Source of the DNA: a virus
Reading direction: 5' to 3' (one strand)
DNA: 64,000 bases
IMG/VR virus record: IMGVR_UViG_3300037882_001881
Span: 4,784 to 68,783 of that record
Made by a program: the position numbers and the translations under genes. Each line of letters opens with the position of its first letter. The first letter of the stretch is position 1. The notes below the pieces were generated by a model that did no database searches, was not told the DNA's origin, and was given only the letters and a program-made list of their open reading frames with translations. Shown piece by piece: positions 9,901-19,305 of this stretch.

Positions 9901-12900
9901 TCGCACCGAGCATCTTGAAGCCGTTCTCGATGCGTTTGCGAGCTTTCTCGATGCCCGTCTTCACAACATCCGTAACCGTCTTCGTCTTCTTCTCTGTCTC
10001 CACCTCGGCCACTGCTGCGTCGTGAACCTTCTCGATGGCCAGGGCTTGTTCCGCCGCCTCCCGTGCGGCATCGGACTTCTCGGCCCTGTCAACCGCCTCT
10101 ATCACCTTCGCTTCCATCTCCGCCCAACGGTCGAGGTCGGCCTGAGACGGTTCCGCATTGGCGTGTTCGGCCCTGTAGTTCATGATCATCCGAGCGACCG
10201 AGTAGTCCCGTTGGATCGCCGCCTTGCGGTGCGCCAACGCTCGACCGGCTGCTGTGCCGCCAGGGTCGAGTATTCCCAACAAGATCGCTTCTTCCGCCGC
10301 TCTGGCCCTGGACTCGTTCTGGAACGCGACCACCTGAGCGGCGTTCCCGTCCGCCGACGCTTCTGCCAATCTCCGCTGGCTCTCTTCGTAGGCGTTGATG
10401 ACTTCCGTCTGGCGTCGTGATATCAGGGCGTCTTCGTAGTCGGTCAGGATGCGAGGTATCTCGACGAGGTCCGCAATCAAGCCGTCGATTTCTCCCTTGT
10501 CTGCTGCGTTCGCCCGCTCAGCTAAACGCTTCCATTTGTGCTCAGTGTGATCTCCCGCCAGGGTCCGATGCGGCAAGTCCATTGCTTCCCTGGTCGCATC
10601 AGAGTCGGCGTGCTTCGTCGCCAGTGGGTCAGGGATCGAGCCTTCTGGTGTTGCTCCATTTCCGGGTTCTTCCGGATTCTTCGGCGGCTCCTCGAAGAGC
10701 GTCGGCTGATCCGGCCCATAGTCGTTTCCGGGTTCCTCCGGTTCCGTGTCCCGCCGGGACGCTCCCTCGTCAAACTCTGTGCTGGGGTCCAAACGCTTAT
10801 CGACCGCCGCCATCTTTGCCCAGGTCGTCTTCATCAGGGGCCGGTACTGCTCGACCATATCCCCCATCGCCTCCGCCAACATCGACGAATACTCTGCGAA
10901 CGTCAGTGCCCCGGCCTTAATCGCCTTGACGGTGACGTTCACGAACGCCGTTATCTGCTCAGGGCTGAACGACCCAAAGTTCGGCGATGTTGCACCGCCC
11001 GATAGTTTTGCCAGCTTATCGACAGCCTCGCTGAACTCTTGCCGAGCCGCTTCCGCCTTGTCGGCGATCGTGTCCTTCGGGGCTGCGGCCCTGGCTTGCT
11101 CGATTTTTTGCTTCAGAGACTCCAGGGTCTCGTTCTTATCGCTGTGGTCTTGTCCAATCGGCATGATGATCCCGGCTAATTCTCCATCCTTGTAGAGAGT
11201 CAATGCCGCTTCCGCACCCCACATCGGCGTCTTCTTAACGACACTCGGACGACCCCTGAACTCAAACCCATTCTTTGAGAGGTAGTTGTAGTAACCCTCG
11301 TCAACGTCGATCGTGTACTCGCCGTCCGTCAGGACCGCCTTACCGATCATAAACAGGGTTGTGTTCTTCCCCTTGCTCTTCGGCTTGTCCGACAGCTTCT
11401 CGTGCCCCACCAGTGTCAACGGCACCGCACCCTTGGATGCCGCCTCGAACATCTCTCCGACGTTCTGAACCCTGCCTGAGTATCTCGCCATAACTCCGAC
11501 CGTCTCGGCCCTGGTCTTCAGGGTCTTCGGCAACGCATCGCTGAGAATCACCCATCTCGCATTGCTGATCGCGGGCTTATCTCCCACCTTGGAGTTGATA
11601 TAGCCCTCCTTACTGAGCATATCCGCGACGTTCGTTCGGTTCGGGACTGTGTCCGACCACGCCTTGCGAAACTCTTCGAGGTCCGCCGCTTCCTTGATCC
11701 CGTTCGCTGTCTTTGCAGCCGCCGCCTTGTCCTTGTTCTCCTGCGTCGCTTGCTGAACGACCCTTTCGTTCGTCCCTGCGTTGTACTTGTTGAGTTGCTC
11801 CCTGTAGTGCTTCTTGCGATACGAGTCCAGATGCGGCAGGGCTTCAATCGCCTTGCTCGCTCCCTCGTGCGACTTCGTGGCTTCCAGGGATCGAACCTCC
11901 CCGGAAATCATCTCCGACAGCGACCGTGATCCAGGGAAGTCCATAATGTAGAGCGATGCGCTCCGAGCGGCTTTCTTGGCGTCTTCGCCGGTCAAACTCT
12001 GGCCCTTCGCTTCCTTCAGGGCCATCTCGTTGATCTGTTCACGCAACCGCTTCTGCTCGCCTCGCGAGCTGTCCGTATTCACGTCGGAGAGAATCTTGTG
12101 CCGAGCGGCAATCGCGTTCGCTTCGTCCTTACCCGTGGACGTCGAGCCTTCCGACTTGACCTGCGATTGCGTCGCCACGTCTTCGAGCCACATCAGCCGC
12201 TTCTTTTCTCGCAGACCGTCGTAGTCGTTGTCCGCTTTGTGCTTCGATATTTTCTCCCGGAGCTTGTCGAGCCGCTTGCTCAGGGACTCCTTCAACTTCG
12301 TTCCGTACCCTGCCTTCTGGTACTTCTTATCGAGGTCTTCGTACTCGTCGTCCATCTTCTGGATAGACTCATCCAGGGTCTTAACACGAGCCTCGATCTC
12401 CAATCGCTCCGGAGACCCAGGAACAGGGGTCGTCCGTTGATACGACGTCGGTTCTGTCCCTGCGGCAGAAGGCTCCGCAACAGTGATGTTTCGCTTGGCG
12501 TCCTTTTTGCCAGTTGGGTCTTCTGCGACCGCTACTCGATGCCCAGCGTTGATCAGCTTTCTAAGGTATCCTTCTAGTGAATAATACGGGAACCCGGCAG
12601 TAACTATGGCGTTCTTGTTATCCGGCCCTGCTCCACTCACCGTCAAACTTAGCCCCAGCACTTTCGAGGCAACTTTCGCATCATCACCCAGCAGCTTGTA
12701 TCCATCCTCGTGACGAATCACGACAATCGACCCCGGATACTGCTGCTTAACCTCTTCGAGCTTCGTTTGCCAGGGTTCTTTCTTTGGTCCTTGAGCGACC
12801 TCTGCCTTCGCAGGGATCGGACCCTGCTTGTCCGCCAGATACGCCTTCACCCCTTCAAGCGACTCATTGGCCGATGGGCTGAACTTAGCCCGCTTGGTCA

Positions 12901-15900
12901 ACATGCTGATGATCTCGTCGGGAGACATCGTCTTCAGGGACTCATCAATCGACTTCCGCAGGTTTTCGCTGATGCCAGTGGCGGGAGCATTTTCCGGCGG
13001 GACACTCTCCGGGACCGGAGCCGCTTCGGCGGTCTGACCCTGAGCCTTCTTTTGAAGATCGGGGTACTCCGCGAGAACCTTAGCTGGAACAGGAAACCCC
13101 AACTTAACGGCTCGCTCAACATCCATGCGATGTTCCTCGACGCCGTTTCCGTATTGCCCATCTTCTTCTGCCTGTGTCAACATCCACGAAGGCTTCACAA
13201 CCACAGGCTTCCCCGCTGCCGCCGCTTCCTCGTTCTTAGCAAACCACTCTCCCTCGGCTTGGTTTCGCACCTGATCGCGTCCATTGTGCCACTTACCGGA
13301 CGAGGTCTTGTACGACCTACCTTCAGACTCCGTCATATTGTCGAGGCGATGCTCAACCCAATCCTCACGAGTCATCTGCCAGGGTTCGAGCTTCGGAGCT
13401 TCAGCGGTCTGTCCCTGCGCCGGAGGCACATCTGGATTTGTGGGAGCGGGTGAGTCCTGACCCTGAGTCATCGCCTCGTACTGTGTCTTCGTAAGCGACT
13501 TTCTCCTGCGACCGTCAGGCGACGCCATGAAGTAGACCGGCTTCGTAACAGGGTTCTTTAGCTGCTCCGTCAGTTCCCGGAGTCTCTTCGTTTCCGGGTG
13601 GTTCTCGTTTCCGATCGGTGCCGTGTTCGCCAGTTGCTTACGCTCAGATTCGAGCTTCTTTTGCGCAGGGACGTCTTCAACCTCGGCGGTCCCTGGAGTC
13701 CACCCCTCGGAGACCAGAGGTGCGAATTGCTCACGTGCCGCCGCCATGTCCTTTGTTCGCTTTGTGTTCCTGGCTTTTTCAATCCCCGTCAATGGGGCAG
13801 GGTCCGAACCCTGTTCCGGCGGGACAGTAGCCACCCCGGCATCGGGACGAGCGGGAGCTGTGGCGAACCTCTCGTTGAACATTGATCGACCCATTGCTTT
13901 GAGTCTGTCAGCCGCCAGAGAGATCGCCTCTGCCGGACTGGTCTTCTTGCCAACAATATCCATTGACTCGGCGAACTTAGCACCCGTCCCTGCGTGCCAC
14001 ACAGCGTAGCCTTGCTTTGTCGCTTTCGCCTTTGAGCCTCTCGGACTGGTCAGCACGAAGACCTGATCTTCAAACCCTGGAAACGCTACCCCTTTACCGT
14101 TCACAACCACCCCGCCAGATTCAATCGGGATCGACGCTTCGATGACTGTCGGCGATGATACTTGCGGAGGATTTGATCGCCGCCCGAATGGATTCTGAGT
14201 CACATCCTTTCGCCCCTGTTCCGGCGGGACAGAAGCCACCCCGGCATCGGGACGAGCGGGAGCAGGAGAAGACTCCGGCAACGTCGGTTCCGATTCTGAA
14301 CGAGGTGGCTCTGTGCCCGGAGAAGTAGCCGGTGAGCTACCCGTCTCACCGGCTGGCCCTGTCGGTAGCGAAGCGGCGGGGCTTGGTTCAGGGTTGTTCG
14401 GATGAAACTCCATCGCTGAGTCCAACTGCCGCCGCCAGTCTTTCGAGTCTACTCGAACTTGATCAACAGAGTTGTTGTCAATCCACCGTTCGGTCGCCTC
14501 GTTTGGAGCGTGGTCGGATACTCGGACATGCTGACCGTTCGGCATCTGGTAGTAGCGGCTTCCGGAGTCCGATTGATTCTTCAGCACGCCGCCACGTTTC
14601 GCCATTTCATTGTGAACTGATTCAAACGCTATGTCTTCGGGATGAACCTCTTCCTTGTATGACGGAGGCGGGGGTTTTTTGACGCCACTGGCAACTGCTG
14701 CTGCTACGGCTGAGACCGCTTCATCGGGATCAATACCAGCATCAGGTGCATTCTTGCGGACACGCTCTGTATCCCATCCGTTGTTGATGGCGATTCTCGC
14801 GAACCCTTGCAACTTTACAGGTGGAGCGACATGATTTGTTGGGGCCGAGTCTCTCAGGGGTTGCTCGTCGGTGACTGCGGTTGCCGGAGCGTCAACACCT
14901 TGATTGCTCGGCTCTATTTTTAGCCCAGGAGTCGCCTCCGACTCCTTCCGTTTGGCAATCTCTGCCGCGTGATCGAAGTCGGAGGCGTTTCTCACTGGTG
15001 GCAGCGTAGTAGGAGGCAGCGAGTCCGGGACTGTCTGAGTCCACGAACGCTGCTGATTCCTCGCCGCCGTGCGGTCTAGCAGCCTTTCCCGCCCTTGCCG
15101 CCCTTGCTCTTCTTGTTGTACTGGTACTTGCTCATTCGTGACCTCCGTATTCTCAGGGACCGTTGCTTGTGCCGCTGGAACATCCAGCAAGCCGTTGATG
15201 TAACTGTTCAGCTCGTCCTCGCTCATCTGAGAAAGATCGAGCGGTGGACTGGTCGGGGCAGCTTCGGGCTGACCCTGGACAGCAGATGGGATCACCTCCT
15301 CTCCGGAACTGGATGAAGGAACCGTCGTCTGTGCTTCCGTAGGCGGCACGAAGTCCGGTTGTGCTCCCGGTGACTTCAGGGCCGTAATGCGATTGTTATC
15401 GTCGATCGCCGCTTGTTCTTCAGGGCTGACCGCTGGTGTGTTATTGTTCCCGACATTGCTTTCGGGAACAGTCGTACCCTGTTGCTGCAACTGCTCCGCC
15501 AGGGCTTGACGCTGAGCCTGATTGGCTGGACCCTGCTTCAGCTCGTCCGGCAACGCCTCGTAGTTCTTCCGACTCGGCTGAGCGACGAACTTACTGACCG
15601 CCATTCGAGCGGCGTTCGGAGTGTTTGCGATCCCGGACATCATCGCCGCTTGAACTGCTGCCTCGGCGGCATTCTTGGCGAAGTCGCCGATCTCCATGTC
15701 AGGGGAGACACCTTCGAGCTTGCTCGATACGTCTTGCAAGATCGACGTCACCGCCTCTTCCGGCATTTCGGCCAGGGCGTCCTTTCCGATCTGCTTGGCA
15801 AGTTGTTTCCACGTCTGAGCGGCCACGCCCTGACCTGCGACTCGGCTTTCGGCTCCGAGGCCCGGAAACGCCTTCTGGAAGATCGCAGCAATACCACCCT

Positions 15901-16702
15901 CGAACAACGCCTGAGTCCCTGCGTATCGCAGCCGTGCGTTCCCCTTCAGCCCGGCATCCTCCGCTGTCGTCAGGGCTTGATTCCCAGCTTGCAGGGCCGC
16001 TCCGGCAATCTTCGAGTACGCACCGCCGGGTGTCCCTGCCATCTGAGCGATATTCTGAACCACTCCGCCGTACATACCGCTTAACCACGGAGACCAGTCT
16101 TCCTCCCGCATCTGACCGCGAGCTTGCTGCATCTCCTGCGACTGTCGATTGAGTTCGTCCGCCGCTTCTCCGCTCCCTGTGAGCCTTGCGGCCAGGGCCA
16201 CGAAGTCCGGGGCCGCATTCAACGCACCGCCGACTGATTCTCGCACGAATGCGTTGTCCGGTGTGATCTGGTCCAGGGCCGCAGACATCCGGTCCTGCCG
16301 CTGCATCTGCTCGACCGCTGCCTGTCGTTTCTGAGCCTTCAACGCTCCCTGAGCCATCGGACCCTGATTCTGCATCCGATGTTGAGCGATCGCCCACACC
16401 TTAGCGACAGGGTCGTCATACTGATCAGCGACTGACTTCTCGACCTCTTGCTGTTTGGTCTGTTCCTGTTCCTGCTCCTGAAGACGAAACTCCGCCTGAC
16501 CCCACAATTGGGAGACAGGGTCCGGATTGTAAGCCTTCAAGTGCTGATCCAGGGCCGCTTGGCGACGAATGCGAACATTCTCAGTCGCCTGTTGCTGCTT
16601 GAGTCGCTTGTCGGCGATCTCATCCACGGAGAACGGCTGGTACGGAACTCCAACTGCATCGTACCCACCGAGCTGAAACGTATCCGGCATGAGCCACTCC
16701 AC
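6863..16702 (-). CDS. Giant (3279 aa) virion-associated polyvalent/ejection protein with MutS-I-like domain
   Basis: Last gene of virion operon; N-terminal helical/hydrophobic ejection-protein-like region; Pro-rich linkers separating domains; MutS domain I-like segment at about 12518-12772. Confidence 0.8.
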   Translation of the reverse strand: MEWLMPDTFQLGGYDAVGVPYQPFSVDEIADKRLKQQQATENVRIRRQAALDQHLKAYNPDPVSQLWGQAEFRLQEQEQEQTKQQEVEKSVADQYDDPVAKVWAIAQHRMQNQGPMAQGALKAQKRQAAVEQMQRQDRMSAALDQITPDNAFVRESVGGALNAAPDFVALAARLTGSGEAADELNRQSQEMQQARGQMREEDWSPWLSGMYGGVVQNIAQMAGTPGGAYSKIAGAALQAGNQALTTAEDAGLKGNARLRYAGTQALFEGGIAAIFQKAFPGLGAESRVAGQGVAAQTWKQLAKQIGKDALAEMPEEAVTSILQDVSSKLEGVSPDMEIGDFAKNAAEAAVQAAMMSGIANTPNAARMAVSKFVAQPSRKNYEALPDELKQGPANQAQRQALAEQLQQQGTTVPESNVGNNNTPAVSPEEQAAIDDNNRITALKSPGAQPDFVPPTEAQTTVPSSSSGEEVIPSAVQGQPEAAPTSPPLDLSQMSEDELNSYINGLLDVPAAQATVPENTEVTNEQVPVQQEEQGRQGRERLLDRTAARNQQRSWTQTVPDSLPPTTLPPVRNASDFDHAAEIAKRKESEATPGLKIEPSNQGVDAPATAVTDEQPLRDSAPTNHVAPPVKLQGFARIAINNGWDTERVRKNAPDAGIDPDEAVSAVAAAVASGVKKPPPPSYKEEVHPEDIAFESVHNEMAKRGGVLKNQSDSGSRYYQMPNGQHVRVSDHAPNEATERWIDNNSVDQVRVDSKDWRRQLDSAMEFHPNNPEPSPAASLPTGPAGETGSSPATSPGTEPPRSESEPTLPESSPAPARPDAGVASVPPEQGRKDVTQNPFGRRSNPPQVSSPTVIEASIPIESGGVVVNGKGVAFPGFEDQVFVLTSPRGSKAKATKQGYAVWHAGTGAKFAESMDIVGKKTSPAEAISLAADRLKAMGRSMFNERFATAPARPDAGVATVPPEQGSDPAPLTGIEKARNTKRTKDMAAAREQFAPLVSEGWTPGTAEVEDVPAQKKLESERKQLANTAPIGNENHPETKRLRELTEQLKNPVTKPVYFMASPDGRRRKSLTKTQYEAMTQGQDSPAPTNPDVPPAQGQTAEAPKLEPWQMTREDWVEHRLDNMTESEGRSYKTSSGKWHNGRDQVRNQAEGEWFAKNEEAAAAGKPVVVKPSWMLTQAEEDGQYGNGVEEHRMDVERAVKLGFPVPAKVLAEYPDLQKKAQGQTAEAAPVPESVPPENAPATGISENLRKSIDESLKTMSPDEIISMLTKRAKFSPSANESLEGVKAYLADKQGPIPAKAEVAQGPKKEPWQTKLEEVKQQYPGSIVVIRHEDGYKLLGDDAKVASKVLGLSLTVSGAGPDNKNAIVTAGFPYYSLEGYLRKLINAGHRVAVAEDPTGKKDAKRNITVAEPSAAGTEPTSYQRTTPVPGSPERLEIEARVKTLDESIQKMDDEYEDLDKKYQKAGYGTKLKESLSKRLDKLREKISKHKADNDYDGLREKKRLMWLEDVATQSQVKSEGSTSTGKDEANAIAARHKILSDVNTDSSRGEQKRLREQINEMALKEAKGQSLTGEDAKKAARSASLYIMDFPGSRSLSEMISGEVRSLEATKSHEGASKAIEALPHLDSYRKKHYREQLNKYNAGTNERVVQQATQENKDKAAAAKTANGIKEAADLEEFRKAWSDTVPNRTNVADMLSKEGYINSKVGDKPAISNARWVILSDALPKTLKTRAETVGVMARYSGRVQNVGEMFEAASKGAVPLTLVGHEKLSDKPKSKGKNTTLFMIGKAVLTDGEYTIDVDEGYYNYLSKNGFEFRGRPSVVKKTPMWGAEAALTLYKDGELAGIIMPIGQDHSDKNETLESLKQKIEQARAAAPKDTIADKAEAARQEFSEAVDKLAKLSGGATSPNFGSFSPEQITAFVNVTVKAIKAGALTFAEYSSMLAEAMGDMVEQYRPLMKTTWAKMAAVDKRLDPSTEFDEGASRRDTEPEEPGNDYGPDQPTLFEEPPKNPEEPGNGATPEGSIPDPLATKHADSDATREAMDLPHRTLAGDHTEHKWKRLAERANAADKGEIDGLIADLVEIPRILTDYEDALISRRQTEVINAYEESQRRLAEASADGNAAQVVAFQNESRARAAEEAILLGILDPGGTAAGRALAHRKAAIQRDYSVARMIMNYRAEHANAEPSQADLDRWAEMEAKVIEAVDRAEKSDAAREAAEQALAIEKVHDAAVAEVETEKKTKTVTDVVKTGIEKARKRIENGFKMLGAMKGKVYSIETAAGDLTLALTEIARGYTELGVFSFVDAMKRFTKRVGDEAESMRGDFKKVWDQHIAENGVGDIRDQIDPENPSSIGTVAKRLHQFVIERDGLGKSAEDRGKAVAGVHELLHEAMPELTLEQTGRILSGKDEPTRRLSEEEIRAEHRAQLQILEDIKSWRNNQRPNAIQESRPSSEEQRKLRRIKAEARKNAKIEETEADEKTQLKSALDSAKIAMRNRIDDLSEAVRKREPIVHSKTAQRTDSQLDDLRKERDEWKKKYDEIFGKKELSDEQRAAALERALDRQIAQLEDDIPKGILYPPPKQPKLPISNPAIALKMARRDELVARRNELRVMSGEQEQRQMAAYERSLAARLRFWQERMSQGDFGPKPPKEPRKLTDKAASLQYEIEKAKEAFANEQERWRIANRTTAEKFKDFAGNAWDFRRDIVSTGEMSPFGRQGMMYVSGHWMRAANAIAQSVSVLFQRNANEALSKINQSILDRPNAKAGFYKDIPFATKLNQRTAQEEIMIGEWAKRIPVLGSIVKRFGASGEAFLNLARADMMDSMLSTIGAVPGKVSPAEVKVLANAAGVFTGHGNVDPGVAKVLNKVVYSSLFTMSRIELAVGRPLWSGTAKTRLAIGREYIQSAAGLYLLSQMMRFALAALGDDDEEVTQELDTRSSDFGKLKSKGTRIDMLGGESQILVLLTRLLSHEKAQDGVVSSLGSTFGGTDEAKLILNFVRSRLHPTMSSLLNRFIFKEDVIGERPRELSEYDPTTTEGLQNIATENSPMAYADMVEAVQELGYPQGLVAATAAFFGAGLNTYGGSEQDSLKSIALKAAGAMSYEDRTKATSGVMKGYTTPEFLRVGVDQAKKALRDARTPQARRDAENALRKAQDAVDAAKGGDVTVESARDQLRKRFKTREDMVRSFREAYKEKHGNAASDGFFDALDRLPKFPGSISPSQKQEMLRDLDEMTLREQQADYVRRHPGRTPPSTVRKYERRDDGTLDFNRPLKGYKTLRRRIESL
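13809..14263. repeat. 50-bp direct repeat (13809-13858, 14214-14263) inside the giant gene
   Basis: CCCTGTTCCGGCGGGACAGWAGCCACCCCGGCATCGGGACGAGCGGGAGC, one mismatch; encodes APARPDAGVA(S/T)VPPEQG. Confidence 0.9.
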
Positions 16703-16726
16703 CCTGAAAAGAAAGGCAACACCGCG

Positions 16727-16755
16727 ACTATTTATCGACCCGATCGCATTGTCAA
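16727..16755 (-). promoter_or_regulatory. Candidate sigma-70 promoter for the giant gene
   Basis: Minus strand TTGACA-N17-AATAGT in intergenic DNA; -10 box imperfect. Confidence 0.35.
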
Positions 16756-16800
16756 ACCCACTCAGGGTTCAGAGTCGATTGTGTCCAAATTATTGAACAT

Positions 16801-18477
16801 TTAGTTGATTCCCCATCCGGAAACCTCGTTCACATTTGGCCGTTGCGTCGCCGATCGTTTAACGCCGCCGGTCGGATCAATTCCTTGCTTCTTCAGGAAC
16901 GCTGCCGCTTGCATCGCAATACGCTCTTCCGGAGAACCGGCGGGGGGCATCGCCCCTCCGAACTTCTTGGCGATCGCCCTAAGCGTCTGCAATGCCCCTT
17001 CTGTTTGCTGCTGATCGTTCGTGGGGGCCGGTGCTTTTTCCGGCGGGACGGAGCTGGGCTGACCCTGCCGCAACTGCATCACTCTCGGATCGACCGCAGG
17101 GCCGGGAGCACCCGGTTTCATCTGCTGAGGCGGAGCCATCGGCGGACGACCCTGCTGCAATGCCGCTGCCCGTGGATCACCTGCGGGCTGACCCTGCGAC
17201 TGGCGGATCATCTGCATCCCCTGAAGATACATGCTGGCCGCTTCAGGGTTCTTCTGCTGAAGCATTTCAAACGCCTGCTGCGGAGTCACCCCGTTCGCTT
17301 TCGCCGCTCGCTGCACCCAATCGTTGACTTGCGTCACATGCCGAAACAACTCCTGTGGATCGCCTTGCGTCGCACCCTCCTGCGTCTCCGGACCCTGGTC
17401 AGGCTTTTGTGGCCGCTGCTTACCGAGAAGCACCGCCGCATCTTGCTCCGCCTGCTCAACAGAGTCGTAATAGGGCACGTCGTCCGCTCCGACTTTCTTC
17501 GTTCGATTCAGGAGCTTCTGCGCTAAATCCGCTTTCTTTGCGTTGAACTCTCGCTCGACGTCTTCGGGGGTTCTGGCACCCTTCCCTGCCGCAGCCGCCG
17601 GGGGAGGCGGTGCAACAGCAATACCCTTCCCTGAGTCGTAGAAAATACGACCGTCCGGCATCGTCACGGATCGCTGCTTGACCTGCTGATCGAATGTCGT
17701 TCTTGGAGCGCTCGGAGCCACGCCTGACTTGCGAGCCAGATATTTGCCCATCGTTTGGCGGTACTGATTCTGGTCAATACTGCCGCTCTCCAGGGCGTCA
17801 TCCAGGGCCGACATCTGCTGGTCGATCGACTCGACCTTCTTCTTGTCGCCCTCGCTGAAATCGTGCGTCTGCAACATCTGCCCGTTGCGTTGCTCGATCT
17901 GCATTTGCATCTGCCGCAGGTCGTCGTCCACCTTGTAGCCGTGGTTCGCTCCCGCTGCGATCAATCCCTGTTGGCCCTGCTGAGTCAACAGCCGAGAGTC
18001 GATGTTCCCTCGCTGCATCGTCAGGGCCGAATCAATCATCCCCTTGTTGAGAGCCAGCGCCCGCTGATCGAGCATCCCTTCGTAGTTCTGGTTAATGTTT
18101 GCTGACGATTGAGCACCGATCAGATTCGCCTGACGCTGAGCAACCATATCCAGGGACCGCTCCCTGGCCTGTCGCTGCATGGGATCGTTTGCTTGGCTGT
18201 ACTCGTCGTCCCTCGCATTCTGCGCCTGTTGTCCCAAAAACGCTTGCTGGCTCGCTTGCTGAGCCGCCGCCGCTTGCAGGGCCTGAGCCTGCATCGCTTG
18301 ACGAGCTTGCAACTCCGCATCTGCCTGTCGGCCCTGCATCCGCTGATCCGCCGCATACTGATTGCGACCGTAGAACTCACGGTTCATCGCATCAGCACGC
18401 TGCTGAGCATAAAGATCACGTTCCGACATCGGACGAGCACCCACGAAACCTACCATCGAAGACTCTCCTAGAACCAT
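16801..18477 (-). CDS. Putative internal virion / DNA ejection protein
   Basis: Gln/Ala-rich helical 558 aa, between nozzle and giant gene as in podoviruses. Confidence 0.65.
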   Translation of the reverse strand: MVLGESSMVGFVGARPMSERDLYAQQRADAMNREFYGRNQYAADQRMQGRQADAELQARQAMQAQALQAAAAQQASQQAFLGQQAQNARDDEYSQANDPMQRQARERSLDMVAQRQANLIGAQSSANINQNYEGMLDQRALALNKGMIDSALTMQRGNIDSRLLTQQGQQGLIAAGANHGYKVDDDLRQMQMQIEQRNGQMLQTHDFSEGDKKKVESIDQQMSALDDALESGSIDQNQYRQTMGKYLARKSGVAPSAPRTTFDQQVKQRSVTMPDGRIFYDSGKGIAVAPPPPAAAAGKGARTPEDVEREFNAKKADLAQKLLNRTKKVGADDVPYYDSVEQAEQDAAVLLGKQRPQKPDQGPETQEGATQGDPQELFRHVTQVNDWVQRAAKANGVTPQQAFEMLQQKNPEAASMYLQGMQMIRQSQGQPAGDPRAAALQQGRPPMAPPQQMKPGAPGPAVDPRVMQLRQGQPSSVPPEKAPAPTNDQQQTEGALQTLRAIAKKFGGAMPPAGSPEERIAMQAAAFLKKQGIDPTGGVKRSATQRPNVNEVSGWGIN

Positions 18478-19295
18478 CCGCTGTTGGCAAACGCTCCACC
18501 CTGACGATACGCACTATTCCAGGGCAATCCGCCATCACCGCCGTTAAAGAACCCGTTTTCCCCGAACGCCGATCCGTACTCACCACCACCCAACCGTGAC
18601 TGACTGGCCGGAAGATAATCCTGCGGACCCATCATTCTTGACGCTGGGGTCGAACCCTGACCCACTCCGCTGCCGTAAGTGCCACCTTGACGCCCCTGGC
18701 CTACGGACATCGCCGACCGCAACCGCTGTGTGTTCAGGGATGCCAACCGTGCGTCGTAGTCCGGCTTCGACAGGGCGATGTTCGCCGCTTGGTCCGCGTA
18801 TCGTGCATCAGCAAGATTCCGCGATGTATCCGCTGACGCCAACGCTTGTGCTCGACTCAGATTCACCTGAGCGTCCTGATTGTCGATTACGTTCTGCTGT
18901 TGCCCTAGAATTCCCAACGCCGCATTCGCATCATCTCGACCGGCAACGGCACTCGGATCAATCCACTGCGACCCCCGATAACCTGCCGCCAGGGACGGAG
19001 GAATCGCCCGCATGTCCCGCTGTTTCTGGCGGAGCTGATTCAACACCCCTAGTCGCTGTGCCTGATTCGCTGACAACGCCGTTGTTGCGTTCGCGTTCGC
19101 TGAATCTACCGACTGATTCGCTTGCTGGATCGCCGCATCCCTGGACAGGGACGCAACCGGAAATCCTAGCTGTTGAGCGAGGTATTGCTGGTACGCCAAG
19201 TCCTGTTGAGCGTTCAAGCTGGCCATCTCCGCACCGTAGTACGGATTCGTCATGTCTTGGCCGTTGCCCACCGCGATGTAAGTTGAACCCGACAT
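18468..19295 (-). CDS. Putative internal virion / ejection protein
   Basis: Ala/Gln/Gly-rich 275 aa, operon position. Confidence 0.6.
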   Translation of the reverse strand: MSGSTYIAVGNGQDMTNPYYGAEMASLNAQQDLAYQQYLAQQLGFPVASLSRDAAIQQANQSVDSANANATTALSANQAQRLGVLNQLRQKQRDMRAIPPSLAAGYRGSQWIDPSAVAGRDDANAALGILGQQQNVIDNQDAQVNLSRAQALASADTSRNLADARYADQAANIALSKPDYDARLASLNTQRLRSAMSVGQGRQGGTYGSGVGQGSTPASRMMGPQDYLPASQSRLGGGEYGSAFGENGFFNGGDGGLPWNSAYRQGGAFANSGWF

Positions 19296-19305
19296 TCACA
19301 CGCTC

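Noticed and set aside
3792-14263. Diversity-generating retroelement (TR/VR pairs)
   Set aside because: The direct repeats are short, show no adenine-specific mismatch pattern, and no reverse transcriptase is visible.
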